Positions 16,765-25,453 of a stretch of DNA of 32,000 bases are shown here, piece by piece (position 1 is the first letter of the stretch; each line of letters starts with the position of its first letter). Origin of the DNA: Pantoea phage vB_PagS_Vid5; sequence record MG948468.1; one strand, written 5' to 3'. Both the position numbers and the translations under genes were made by a program. Below the pieces are notes generated by a model that did no database searches, was not told the origin of the DNA, and saw only the letters and a program-made list of their open reading frames with translations.

Positions 16765-18795
16765 CTAAAATTCAAAACCTATTCGCTTTAAATGTTCCTC
16801 CGCGATTTTTACGTATCTGTCGTAGTCCACGTCCACAGGGAATTCCTTTGGTAGCTGCATAAGTGGTTTGCCACCTGTGCTCTTAGGGACAAGGTTACCA
16901 GTCTTCACCATTACCATTTCCGGTACGTCCTCGCTAGTGTAATACCAGCGCACGACCTTACCGAGAAACTCACCGCGGAACACTGCACCCTGCCCTGCGT
17001 TAACTGCCTTAACCACAACAAACTTCCGTATGTCGGTGCAAGCCTTAATAGTTTGCTCAAGCGGTGTGCGGTTCTTAAGCCACTCTATTACAGCTTCCAT
17101 ACTTATAAGCGCTTCTGGATCCTTAGCAAGACCAGGCTCGCCATACCATCCTTTACGCTTAGCGCTGCCGTCCGGTTTGATCGCTATATAGTTGTTCACG
17201 TTAGCAGCGTACAGCGCCTGGTAATACGTGTCTTCCATCTCAAAGTCGCAAGCGCTTTCCCACCAGCGAATGATCTGATCCACAGTACCCTTAAGCGCTT
17301 TCTTATACCGCACCACAACACCGTCCGTGTTAGCGGACACTGCGCTAATTCCGTTCAGCTCAAACATCTCAATAAGCATGAGCAAACCGAGCTGGCCTGT
17401 CAAGGTGGTCTGAATAACAAGGTGCGGTGCATAGAGGATTGAATACATGGAACCAAACTTACCGTAGGATCCGTTGATGGTAATCTTAAGGGACTCTGTG
17501 ATAAGCTTCCAGTGCTTTTCACCTTCCTTGTCACCCAGCTTTTTACACTCGGCGGTCTTACGTTTCGCTTCCAGTCGACGGTCTACAATCTTCTGGTATA
17601 CAGCAAGGAAGTTACGTCCTAACTGTGCAGGGTAAAGTTCCTGGTTGAGTATTGCTTTCGGGTAGAAAGATGCAACGTCGATATCGCGTAACTCTTCTTC
17701 ATCCCCAACAACGTTAATCGCTTTCTTTTCCGTACTGTGCAGACCACCGATACCCATCTTATAGACTGAGTTACCGATCGTAAACTTGAGCGCGTCCATC
17801 GCTGGAGGCTGCTTAATCTTACCGTCGTCGCCAACGATATAATTACAGCCCTTAACGATATCCAGCACAGACTGCATAAGCGGGGTTTGATAGCGCAGGA
17901 AAGTCGGCGCGTTGTACGGGTAAGCACGACCAACCTCTACAATAGCTTTCGGTATGCGTTGCCCATTGTTCAGCGCCATAATCTCATTACGGATAACGTC
18001 TTCCGCTACCTGTGCATCCGAGCGTGAACGCAGGTCTACATGGTATTCGTTACTCATTAACTCACGGAGTACAATCTTTTCCTTAAGTGCAAGGTAAAGG
18101 TCGTAAGTGTTCTGCAGGTCGTTTGCGCAGTAAAATCGCACTACAAGCTGCTGGTTGTTCGTTAGCACCCAGTTCGGAGGGTAAGGTAAGTCCTGTAACT
18201 TCTCAGCATGTGTTCGCCCTGCGTACTTTTTAAGGCTGGTCTTAACACCTGGACCCACTTCCTGGATATCAATGTGGTTAAGTCGAAAAGGCTTCTTAAC
18301 TTTTGCAGCTTTAAGAATGTCGGAAGGACGCCATTCCTCCTGGATAATTCTGTCGGATGCTTCTTTAAGCTGTGCGTTATTACAACCCGCTAACGCGAGG
18401 TAAGACATCGGTTCATCGTAGTTGCGTCCGTTGAAGCTAATCAGGCAGAAATTCTTCATAACCCAGCCTAGCTTCAACAGATCCATGTTACCCTGACGCA
18501 TAGCGTTAAACTCAAAGTAAATGAGCTTACCGCTTGCTGTGGATCTAAAGCAGATGCAGAAGTAGTTAATGTAACATTCGATATCGTACACTAACGGAAC
18601 CTGTTTCAACCACTCTTCGACTAGACTATCTTCGTCAAACATCGGAAGGTTGAACGCAACTGCCTCTTTAAAATAAGGCAGGTACTCACCTTCTAACCAT
18701 GTGCGTGCAGGTGGTATACGTTTAGGCTTTTCCGCTTTCTCAGGTTTAGGCGGTGGTGTGTCGTCCCAAAAAAGACCAATAGCGTCACGTCTCAT
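16765..18795 (-). CDS. Family B DNA polymerase with 3'-5' exonuclease domain
   Basis: 676 aa; exonuclease 'VYDIECY', 'FNGRNYDEP'; Pol motif A 'DIDVASFYPKAIL', motif B 'KITINGSYGKFG', motif C 'SANTDGVVV'. Confidence 0.9.
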   Translation of the reverse strand: MRRDAIGLFWDDTPPPKPEKAEKPKRIPPARTWLEGEYLPYFKEAVAFNLPMFDEDSLVEEWLKQVPLVYDIECYINYFCICFRSTASGKLIYFEFNAMRQGNMDLLKLGWVMKNFCLISFNGRNYDEPMSYLALAGCNNAQLKEASDRIIQEEWRPSDILKAAKVKKPFRLNHIDIQEVGPGVKTSLKKYAGRTHAEKLQDLPYPPNWVLTNNQQLVVRFYCANDLQNTYDLYLALKEKIVLRELMSNEYHVDLRSRSDAQVAEDVIRNEIMALNNGQRIPKAIVEVGRAYPYNAPTFLRYQTPLMQSVLDIVKGCNYIVGDDGKIKQPPAMDALKFTIGNSVYKMGIGGLHSTEKKAINVVGDEEELRDIDVASFYPKAILNQELYPAQLGRNFLAVYQKIVDRRLEAKRKTAECKKLGDKEGEKHWKLITESLKITINGSYGKFGSMYSILYAPHLVIQTTLTGQLGLLMLIEMFELNGISAVSANTDGVVVRYKKALKGTVDQIIRWWESACDFEMEDTYYQALYAANVNNYIAIKPDGSAKRKGWYGEPGLAKDPEALISMEAVIEWLKNRTPLEQTIKACTDIRKFVVVKAVNAGQGAVFRGEFLGKVVRWYYTSEDVPEMVMVKTGNLVPKSTGGKPLMQLPKEFPVDVDYDRYVKIAEEHLKRIGFEF

Positions 18796-19754
18796 AAGCG
18801 AATCCCGATAATAACACCGCGTAACCTGTCAGCTGTAAACGGGCAAGCGTCCGGCCATTTAGTAAAGTCCGCTTGTTTTGCAACACCCTTAAGGAGGTTG
18901 AACATTTCGTAACGGTAGACACCCTGCATAGCTGGGTCATTAATGAAATGGTTTGCACCTTCCTCTTTATCGTAATGGGTGCGCACATTACTTTGTTCGA
19001 AATAGATACGTCCATTTTTATCGGTAAATGGTTTGATCACTTCAATAGCATCAAACAGGTCACCGGGGACATCCCGCATAACGCTTTCAGACATACCTTT
19101 ATCTAAAATGCGCGTAAGGTCGGGCCAACCTGTTTCAATGAGGTTAGTACGGATCCATTTATTTTCTTCGTAGTGAAACGTAATGCTAGTATCCGCGATT
19201 TGCACGTGCGTAGGAATCATCTTAATACGCAACATTTCGTTGACGGTTGCACGGGGTATATTGCAGTCGATAGGCAACGGGGAACCCACCCAGTATTCCG
19301 CGGCTATAACGTTGTTGGTTGCGAACGCAGACTGACCTTTAAGCAATATGCCGTTACTCCATTGACGACTAGCGTCAGCGCTTATAAACGGCTGTAGCGT
19401 CGCAAATGCCGCCATAAGTGCAGCACCGTCCACCTCGTGCAAAGTACCCTCAGCATCTACGTGAGGTGTAACTGTTTCACTACATGGTATAGCAACACGA
19501 AACTTACCAGATTGAATACGTAACTTACCGTTTGCCATAAGAGTGAGCTGAACACTTTCATCACAGTTCGAAATAGCCTTAATCATAGGGTCTGCTAAAG
19601 GGGTACAATCGATATCTACTGCAATAGGGCTGCACAACGCCATAACGCCGTTGTAGGACTTAACCACATTGTTGTGAATGCGAAAATGGGTTAAGCCCTC
19701 AACTAGCTCTTTCTTGGCGACTGCACCCTGCACAAATTTAAGGGCGCTTAGCAT
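18792..19754 (-). CDS. DnaN-like (beta) sliding clamp
   Basis: 320 aa; 'AFATNNVIAAEYWVGSPLPIDCNIPRATVNEMLRI...WIRTNLIETGWPDLTRIL' resembles the beta-clamp TdxxRLA / PRkxvxEL / G.yPdy.R pattern; ATGA overlap with the polymerase gene. Confidence 0.6.
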   Translation of the reverse strand: MLSALKFVQGAVAKKELVEGLTHFRIHNNVVKSYNGVMALCSPIAVDIDCTPLADPMIKAISNCDESVQLTLMANGKLRIQSGKFRVAIPCSETVTPHVDAEGTLHEVDGAALMAAFATLQPFISADASRQWSNGILLKGQSAFATNNVIAAEYWVGSPLPIDCNIPRATVNEMLRIKMIPTHVQIADTSITFHYEENKWIRTNLIETGWPDLTRILDKGMSESVMRDVPGDLFDAIEVIKPFTDKNGRIYFEQSNVRTHYDKEEGANHFINDPAMQGVYRYEMFNLLKGVAKQADFTKWPDACPFTADRLRGVIIGIRL

Positions 19755-19953
19755 TCTTAGTATTTCCCCATAATGGAGTCTTGGAAACGGGGCTAATCAC
19801 AACCATCTTTTTCAATGGGCTGTAATAAGGTTTTTCACGGTTAGCGTTGTATTGAGGCATAGCAACAAACAAGCGCAAGCTAGTGAACTCTTCCATGTGT
19901 GAAAATGGGCGCTGTTCTAAGCACCCGTTTACCAGCACGTCGACCTGCGTCAT
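19738..19953 (-). CDS. Small hypothetical protein
   Basis: ATG at 19953 (MTQVDVLVNGC...) forms ATGA overlap with the upstream gene; 71 aa. Confidence 0.45.
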   Translation of the reverse strand: MTQVDVLVNGCLEQRPFSHMEEFTSLRLFVAMPQYNANREKPYYSPLKKMVVISPVSKTPLWGNTKNAKRP

Positions 19954-20216
19954 ACGCGGGTGTCCAGTTTGCCCACGCGTGCGACCAGAACACCTTTGTC
20001 GTTGTAACAACTTATAGCGTCAGGTGAGATAATGGACTTATTGATAAAGGCCTGACCGTCCTTTACAACAAAGTGTTGAGTGAAATCCTCAGCTTTAACT
20101 TCGGGAGGTGCTACAGGTTTTTCAACAGACGGTTTCAACCGTGCCAGCGCTGGGATTGCAGGGATAGCTGCAACAGCTGGCAACCAGGATAACAAACGAC
20201 GGCGGGATACATTCAT
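19950..20216 (-). CDS. Small exported protein with Tat-like leader and gpJ-C-terminus-like tail
   Basis: 88 aa 'MNVSRRRLLSWLPAVAAIPAIPALA...FVVKDGQAFINKSIISPDAISCYNDKGVLVARVGKL'. Confidence 0.55.
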   Translation of the reverse strand: MNVSRRRLLSWLPAVAAIPAIPALARLKPSVEKPVAPPEVKAEDFTQHFVVKDGQAFINKSIISPDAISCYNDKGVLVARVGKLDTRV

Positions 20217-20217
20217 G

Positions 20218-20487
20218 TTATACCTCGTATACGTGGAATACTAAGTTAGACATCTGATCATCGCCCACTACTGAACCGATATGCTGTGCGTGACGTGGTA
20301 CTTCCGCACCAGTTACAAACAGCTTAAAGATGCGCAGCTCTTTACCGATACCGATAGCAGATGGTGCCTCGAACCATACACCCACACGGTCTTTCTGCTG
20401 TGCGACCATGATCACCTTGCTACCGACCGGGGCATTAACCTCGATCTTTTCAGACGCGAACAGTTCTTTAATAATTTGCTTTGCCAT
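20218..20487 (-). CDS. Conserved phage small protein (DUF7352-like)
   Basis: 89 aa with 'VWFEAP...LRIFKLFVTGAEVPRHAQHIGSVV...LVFHVYEV'; TAATG overlap with dpdA. Confidence 0.5.
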   Translation of the reverse strand: MAKQIIKELFASEKIEVNAPVGSKVIMVAQQKDRVGVWFEAPSAIGIGKELRIFKLFVTGAEVPRHAQHIGSVVGDDQMSNLVFHVYEV

Positions 20488-21407
20488 TAGAATAACTCCT
20501 GGATACGCTCGTTGAGGCGGTTGTTGTGGTTAGCGTTAATCATAACATTGATAACACCATAAGCCCAAAGATTAAATGCTGCACGGGATTCGTAAACGGT
20601 TGCTAGTCTGTCGAAGGTAAAACCATTCTCCTCTAAGTACCTGAGTATGTTGTCTTGTTCAATAGGGGTAAGGTTACAAAGGTGCTGCCCGGCGTCGTGC
20701 CTTGCAGGTGACTTTTCAGACACACTTAGTGGACCGATGGTTGGCATAACCACACTTCCAAACGCTGCGGACTGGATCCAGGATGATGAGTCACAGCTAA
20801 ACCACGGGTAGCGCTCCATGATAGGTACAGCGGTGATACCGAACCCGTGAACCTTTATCTTCGGGTTACCTGCACCATCCACCAGATAACGATCCCATAT
20901 GCGATCGAGCCAGATACAGAGCTGCTTAGTAGAAGCACCCACCATCCCGCCAAGAGTGATATAGTCATAGTTTTCTACATACCATTCTAGATATTTTTCG
21001 TCCTCCCCACTGTGGAAGCAGGGTAAGGGGCGCACACCACGCGCTTCCATTTCTAACTGGTTGCGGTAAGTTTGCAACGGATCGCCGATGCCATCGAGTA
21101 CAGACGCCATAAGCGACCCGTCTTCAATGCGAATGATATCCCTGTTTCGCTCGATATAATTACAGTAGTCGCTAACCCGAAGTTCGACGCCAAGCGTATA
21201 AGCGGAGAAGGCTCCTGAGTCCAAAAAGATTTGGGCAGCGTCTGCACGCATTTCATCGACGTACTTCTGCTTGCCGACATAGTGCCAAGACTCAAGAATG
21301 TGAGGAATAGCATCTGTAAGACTTTGTTCGTGCGGGGTGAGTTTACCATACCGTGCTTGCCCCTTCATATATCCGTTAGTATAGACCGCTGCCATAAAGA
21401 CATTCAT
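20487..21407 (-). CDS. dpdA: DpdA-like DNA guanine transglycosylase (TGT-fold)
   Basis: 306 aa with 'DSGAFSAYTLGVEL', 'YITLGGMVGAS', 'KVHGFGITAVPIMERYPWFSCDSSSW', typical of phage DpdA; neighbourhood of 7-deazaguanine genes. Confidence 0.85.
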   Translation of the reverse strand: MNVFMAAVYTNGYMKGQARYGKLTPHEQSLTDAIPHILESWHYVGKQKYVDEMRADAAQIFLDSGAFSAYTLGVELRVSDYCNYIERNRDIIRIEDGSLMASVLDGIGDPLQTYRNQLEMEARGVRPLPCFHSGEDEKYLEWYVENYDYITLGGMVGASTKQLCIWLDRIWDRYLVDGAGNPKIKVHGFGITAVPIMERYPWFSCDSSSWIQSAAFGSVVMPTIGPLSVSEKSPARHDAGQHLCNLTPIEQDNILRYLEENGFTFDRLATVYESRAAFNLWAYGVINVMINANHNNRLNERIQELF

Positions 21408-21421
21408 TGTAACAACCTCAA

Positions 21422-21457
21422 GAAAAAGCCCACAACCTATTATAAGCGCTGTGGGCT
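21422..21457 (-). terminator. Rho-independent terminator between folE and dpdA
   Basis: - strand AGCCCACA-(15 nt)-TGTGGGCT followed by TTTT; stems at 21427-21434 and 21450-21457. Confidence 0.7.
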
Positions 21458-21475
21458 GCTGATTGCTATACGCCG

Positions 21476-22291
21476 TTACTTATGGTCGCACAACATCAAG
21501 AACTCATTACGTGTTTGCGGTTCGTCTTTGATAGCTCCGCGGAGTGCTGTGGTTACTGTGTGGTGCCCGTGCTGGCATACACCACGAGATTCCATACACA
21601 TATGACGAGCTGTAATAAAAACGCCCACGCCAATAGGGTTGAGGTATTCCTGGATTGCATCCGCGATATTATTGGTGAGGCGTTCTTGTACCTGCAAACG
21701 ACGAGCAAAAGCATCGACCACTCGATTAAGTTTAGACAGACCAACGATACGACCGTTCGGGATGTATGCGACAGTTGCGTGACCGAAAATATCAGCCATA
21801 TGATGTTCACATTTGCTGTAAAAAGGAATACGGCAGACCGCGACCATTTGGTCAGCACCTTCCGCACCATCTTCGAACACTTTGAATAAATCCTGAATCG
21901 AGACATTGTAACCCCCGAACCACGTATGGAACGCTTTAGCGACCCGGTGCGGTGTTTCCTGCAACCCAGGGCGTAACTCTGCGTTACCCTCGATTGCGCC
22001 CAGCACCGTGCGGATAGCCTGCTCTACCGTCACCTGTTTATCGACCACAGAGTGCGTGATACCTTCACCGGGGAACAGATCTAATTGTACCGGTCCTGGA
22101 CCTGCATCGGTACGTTCAACACTGATACCGTCAAAGTTTACATATTGGCCAGGGAACATATTTGCGATAGCTTCCGCTTGTGCAGCTGACCAATCTGTGA
22201 TTTCTAAAACACCTTGCAGCGTAAGGTTCGGTGACTCTTGGGAAACGTGTCCGTTACCCATGCTTTCGTCTCTTGCTGTGTACTTTCTCAT
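21476..22291 (-). CDS. folE: GTP cyclohydrolase I
   Basis: Start MRKYTARDES at 22291 (ATGA overlap with queD). 'TPHRVAKAF', 'FYSKCEHHMADIFGHATVAYIPNGRIVGLSKLNRVVDAFARRLQVQERLTNNIADAI' is diagnostic. Confidence 0.95.
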   Translation of the reverse strand: MRKYTARDESMGNGHVSQESPNLTLQGVLEITDWSAAQAEAIANMFPGQYVNFDGISVERTDAGPGPVQLDLFPGEGITHSVVDKQVTVEQAIRTVLGAIEGNAELRPGLQETPHRVAKAFHTWFGGYNVSIQDLFKVFEDGAEGADQMVAVCRIPFYSKCEHHMADIFGHATVAYIPNGRIVGLSKLNRVVDAFARRLQVQERLTNNIADAIQEYLNPIGVGVFITARHMCMESRGVCQHGHHTVTTALRGAIKDEPQTRNEFLMLCDHK

Positions 22292-22833
22292 TGTTTGGTG
22301 TACTCCACGTGGCATTTCGAGGTTTCTTCGATGGTGCAAGCAACCAGCTCAACACCGTGTTCTGTCAACAGTTGCGGACCAATTACGTCAACCATGTACT
22401 GCGCCAGGTTTTCCGCGGTTGGATTGAAAGACAAGGGCACTAATGAATTTTTGAAATCGCGAGCGTCTCTTTCAAATTCAGCTTCCCCTGTTTTCTGCCA
22501 GTCATAATTGGCAGGCTCAACTATAAGCGCCTGGATTAGCTGGTCTTGATCCCAATGTAGGAACTTGTGATCCCAGTTGTCCTCCAACCATTGGCACAGC
22601 GTAGTTTTAACCACACTGAAGTCAACTACGCGGCCCACTGTGTCCAGGTCAGGGTCTTTGATCTTCAGTTTGCCACCGGTCAGACTACCGCTCATAACGA
22701 GACGAGCTGGTCTGTTAGGCTGCACTTTAAAATGGAACACATAATTGTGTCCGTGCAGGTGACGGCACTTGCTTTCGTGCCCGACTACGCGGTGTCCCGC
22801 ACAGATTTCGTGTGAACGGATTACGGTATGCAT
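22288..22833 (-). CDS. queD: 6-carboxy-tetrahydropterin synthase
   Basis: 181 aa; 'CRHLHGHNYVFHF', 'GRVVDFSVVK', 'NPTAENLAQYM', 'ETSKCHVEY'. Confidence 0.93.
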   Translation of the reverse strand: MHTVIRSHEICAGHRVVGHESKCRHLHGHNYVFHFKVQPNRPARLVMSGSLTGGKLKIKDPDLDTVGRVVDFSVVKTTLCQWLEDNWDHKFLHWDQDQLIQALIVEPANYDWQKTGEAEFERDARDFKNSLVPLSFNPTAENLAQYMVDVIGPQLLTEHGVELVACTIEETSKCHVEYTKQ

Positions 22834-23045
22834 TATGACACCAATTCGTCAATTGAAAGATGGGACAAAGACTCTGCTTCGTCCTTTGTGATCCCTAAAC
22901 CGGAACCTTTCTTTTCGATAAGCTTTACATAGCGCTCGGGGTACTCTTCGCCCACTTCTACAGCAGTGCATCCGCTGTCGCGCATAACGATACCCAGGGC
23001 GATCAAACAGATCCCTTTGTGCTTCGGTGTGATCACGATGCTCAT
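22833..23045 (-). CDS. Small hypothetical protein within the 7-deazaguanine operon
   Basis: 70 aa; start and stop coupled to gat-queC and queD respectively. Confidence 0.6.
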   Translation of the reverse strand: MSIVITPKHKGICLIALGIVMRDSGCTAVEVGEEYPERYVKLIEKKGSGLGITKDEAESLSHLSIDELVS

Positions 23046-24505
23046 TCTTTAACCTCGTTTTCGTAAGTGATAACTTCTTGCGCCTGGTTAATAGTAAACG
23101 CAGTCTTACGCATGAAGCAAGGACCACATGTTCCGCAGTGCAGCTCGCCAGCACGGTAGCAGCTCCACGTGTGCTCGAGCGGGGCCGACAGCCGCAACCC
23201 AAGGGCCACGATCTCGTGCTTCATAAGGTTACCCACCGGCTGAAGCACCCGCACCCACTTACCGTCGCCTACAGCGAATGGTAACAGGGCATTAAACCGG
23301 TTAATGAACTCAGGCTCGTTATCAGGGTAGGCGCCCGCTTCTTCCAGGTTATTACCCAGCACGATATACGCAAAGCCTTTCGCTTCCGCGTAAGCTGTAG
23401 CGACGGACAACATAACGAGGTTACGGGCCGGAACCCATTCGTGCGCGTATTCAGCACCCTCTTCACCACCCGCAACGGTTGCGTCACTTTGCAGTAACGG
23501 GCTGTCAGCAGGATCATAAATCGGAATAGGGAAAAACACCAACGGTACGTTCAACGCTTGAGCGACCCGCTTAACGGCTTCTACTTCTGGACCTTCTGCA
23601 CGGGAACCATAAAGGAAATGGATAAGCGTAACGTTCGCACCTTCGCGAACCATCTTAGTCGCAGCTACAACGCTGTCTAATCCACCGCTGCACACAACCA
23701 GTGCGCGACCTTCCCATTCCATATCCGGCCCGCCCATAGGGGTGTTGATAAGGTCTTTACCGCGCATACAGATAAAGTCACCCGACCCGGACTTGCCGTA
23801 AGCGTGGACCGTATAAGGTTCGATCATTTTGATGGCGCGGTGCTTGTACCCGTAAGGAAGCATGTTCTCCTGGCTTGCAAAGAAGTAACCAGCTTCGCAT
23901 TCCATTACCCAAATAGGTCTATAGTTGCACGCGGTGAGGATGTAATCAGGGAACCCTGTGTGGTACGCCAGAATCGCGTAACTTCCTTTTAACGCACGGA
24001 TAGTATCATAAAACTTGCTAAACATCTCGTCCAGCGTGGTTGGCGTACCCATAGCCGCTAACACTTCCACGATCGCAGCACTGTCGATACTTGTGGTTAC
24101 ACTAGCCGCCCAGTCCTGGTGTGGTTTACGCAACTCTTTGTCGTTAGCGATCGTGCCGTTATGGACAATGTGCCATCCGTTAAGGCTGTAGGGTTGTTGA
24201 TCGTCAATATGCTTTTCCAGAACGTATTCCGTTGTCGGTTCTGCACGGGTATTACCGATCATAACTTTAAGGTTATCAACCTTACCAGGATTAAAGAAAG
24301 AATCGATTTCAGGCATGTAAGGGCCAATCGTTTCTTTGTCGTTATGCTTGAAGGTGTGCGTGCGCTGGTTGTTGGTCTGCATAACCACACCTACGCCGTC
24401 GCGCCCACGGTCGAACGCGTTGCGCACAAGATCGGTCAACGGGCGACGGTTGCGATGATAACCGGTCAGGTTGTCTTTAAGTAAAGCACCAAAGATTGAG
24501 CACAT
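23042..24505 (-). CDS. gat-queC: Class II glutamine amidotransferase - QueC fusion (GAT-QueC)
   Basis: 487 aa; N-terminal MCSIFG (Cys2 nucleophile), GNTRAEPT, HNGTI, KGSYAILAY; C-terminal SGGLDS P-loop and zinc motif CYRAGELHCGTCGPCFMRKTAF. Confidence 0.95.
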   Translation of the reverse strand: MCSIFGALLKDNLTGYHRNRRPLTDLVRNAFDRGRDGVGVVMQTNNQRTHTFKHNDKETIGPYMPEIDSFFNPGKVDNLKVMIGNTRAEPTTEYVLEKHIDDQQPYSLNGWHIVHNGTIANDKELRKPHQDWAASVTTSIDSAAIVEVLAAMGTPTTLDEMFSKFYDTIRALKGSYAILAYHTGFPDYILTACNYRPIWVMECEAGYFFASQENMLPYGYKHRAIKMIEPYTVHAYGKSGSGDFICMRGKDLINTPMGGPDMEWEGRALVVCSGGLDSVVAATKMVREGANVTLIHFLYGSRAEGPEVEAVKRVAQALNVPLVFFPIPIYDPADSPLLQSDATVAGGEEGAEYAHEWVPARNLVMLSVATAYAEAKGFAYIVLGNNLEEAGAYPDNEPEFINRFNALLPFAVGDGKWVRVLQPVGNLMKHEIVALGLRLSAPLEHTWSCYRAGELHCGTCGPCFMRKTAFTINQAQEVITYENEVKE

Positions 24506-24506
24506 G

Positions 24507-24698
24507 TTATTTCTCCAGACGCATGTTCACGGTAATTGCAACGATATCCACTTTACCTACAGCTTCAACCGTAACTTGCTCGATCTCAACTTCACAAAAG
24601 ATATCGTCGGCTTGTGCAGCTTTGATCGCATCGTTGAGAAGTTTCACAGCAGCAGTGATGTTAGTCACGTGTGCATACTTATCTGCGTTTGTCATCAT
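24507..24698 (-). CDS. Small hypothetical protein within the 7-deazaguanine operon
   Basis: 63 aa; good RBS (AGGAG) and ATGA overlap with queE stop. Confidence 0.6.
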   Translation of the reverse strand: MMTNADKYAHVTNITAAVKLLNDAIKAAQADDIFCEVEIEQVTVEAVGKVDIVAITVNMRLEK

Positions 24699-25453
24699 TC
24701 AACTCCTAAGTATTTATGGATTTGAAGCTGTAAGATGTAATTATGCTTCTTACAGCTCCCCAGTACAGCCTTAATGTTGCGCTCGTTCTTTACAGGATCC
24801 TGCTCGTCCATGGGTTGCAGGTAGATCGGTTTGTCATACCCTACCGGTGGACGTGCGAGATACGGTTTAATGCTACGCTGTAAAGCCTCGATAGGCAAAC
24901 CATCTTCTTCACGGATGCTATCTGCTTGCATGACGTATTTAAAGCAGTCAGCACGCTGAGCAATGCTTTCGTGGATCTTTGGACCTTTAGGACTGCACAC
25001 CACTGTGACTCGGCTATTATTAAACGCAGGCTCAAACGCGCCATACTCCCCGATAGGGATATATTGCTTAAGCACGTCCGGTACAGGTAGTGTCCCATTG
25101 GTTTCGATCTGTACCCTGAAATCGTTCTCAGTAAGCTCCATGATGAGATCGTCCAGTTTTTGCCGAAAAGGTTCGCCACCAGTAATAACGACCAGATCGC
25201 AGTTGTTACCGTCTTTGATACGTTCGCTGTTTACCAGCTTTACAATATCCTCGACGTAATAACGGGTCCGCCCATTAGTATAAAGAGTGTCGCAACCAGG
25301 GCATTGAACGTTGCAACCAGCCAAGCGCACAAATACCGACGCGTGTCCGCAGAAGGGGCCTTCACCCTGTATAGTAGAAAATATAGAATGTACATCCAGA
25401 GTTCCATCATCGCGCATGTCCCGCTTTTCAGGAGGTTGTTTATTAAGCCGCAT
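24695..25453 (-). CDS. queE: 7-carboxy-7-deazaguanine synthase (radical SAM)
   Basis: 'STIQGEGPFCGHASVFVRLAGCNVQCPGCDT' with the CX3CX2C cluster motif, 'VITGGEPFRQ', 'VQIETNGT'. ATG at 25453 has an RBS (AAAGGTG) and is preferred over the GTG at 25462. Confidence 0.95.
   Translation of the reverse strand: MRLNKQPPEKRDMRDDGTLDVHSIFSTIQGEGPFCGHASVFVRLAGCNVQCPGCDTLYTNGRTRYYVEDIVKLVNSERIKDGNNCDLVVITGGEPFRQKLDDLIMELTENDFRVQIETNGTLPVPDVLKQYIPIGEYGAFEPAFNNSRVTVVCSPKGPKIHESIAQRADCFKYVMQADSIREEDGLPIEALQRSIKPYLARPPVGYDKPIYLQPMDEQDPVKNERNIKAVLGSCKKHNYILQLQIHKYLGVE

Noticed and set aside
17053-17442. 129-aa + strand ORF inside the polymerase gene
   Set aside because: Fully antisense to a well-supported family B polymerase, with no RBS or family signature.
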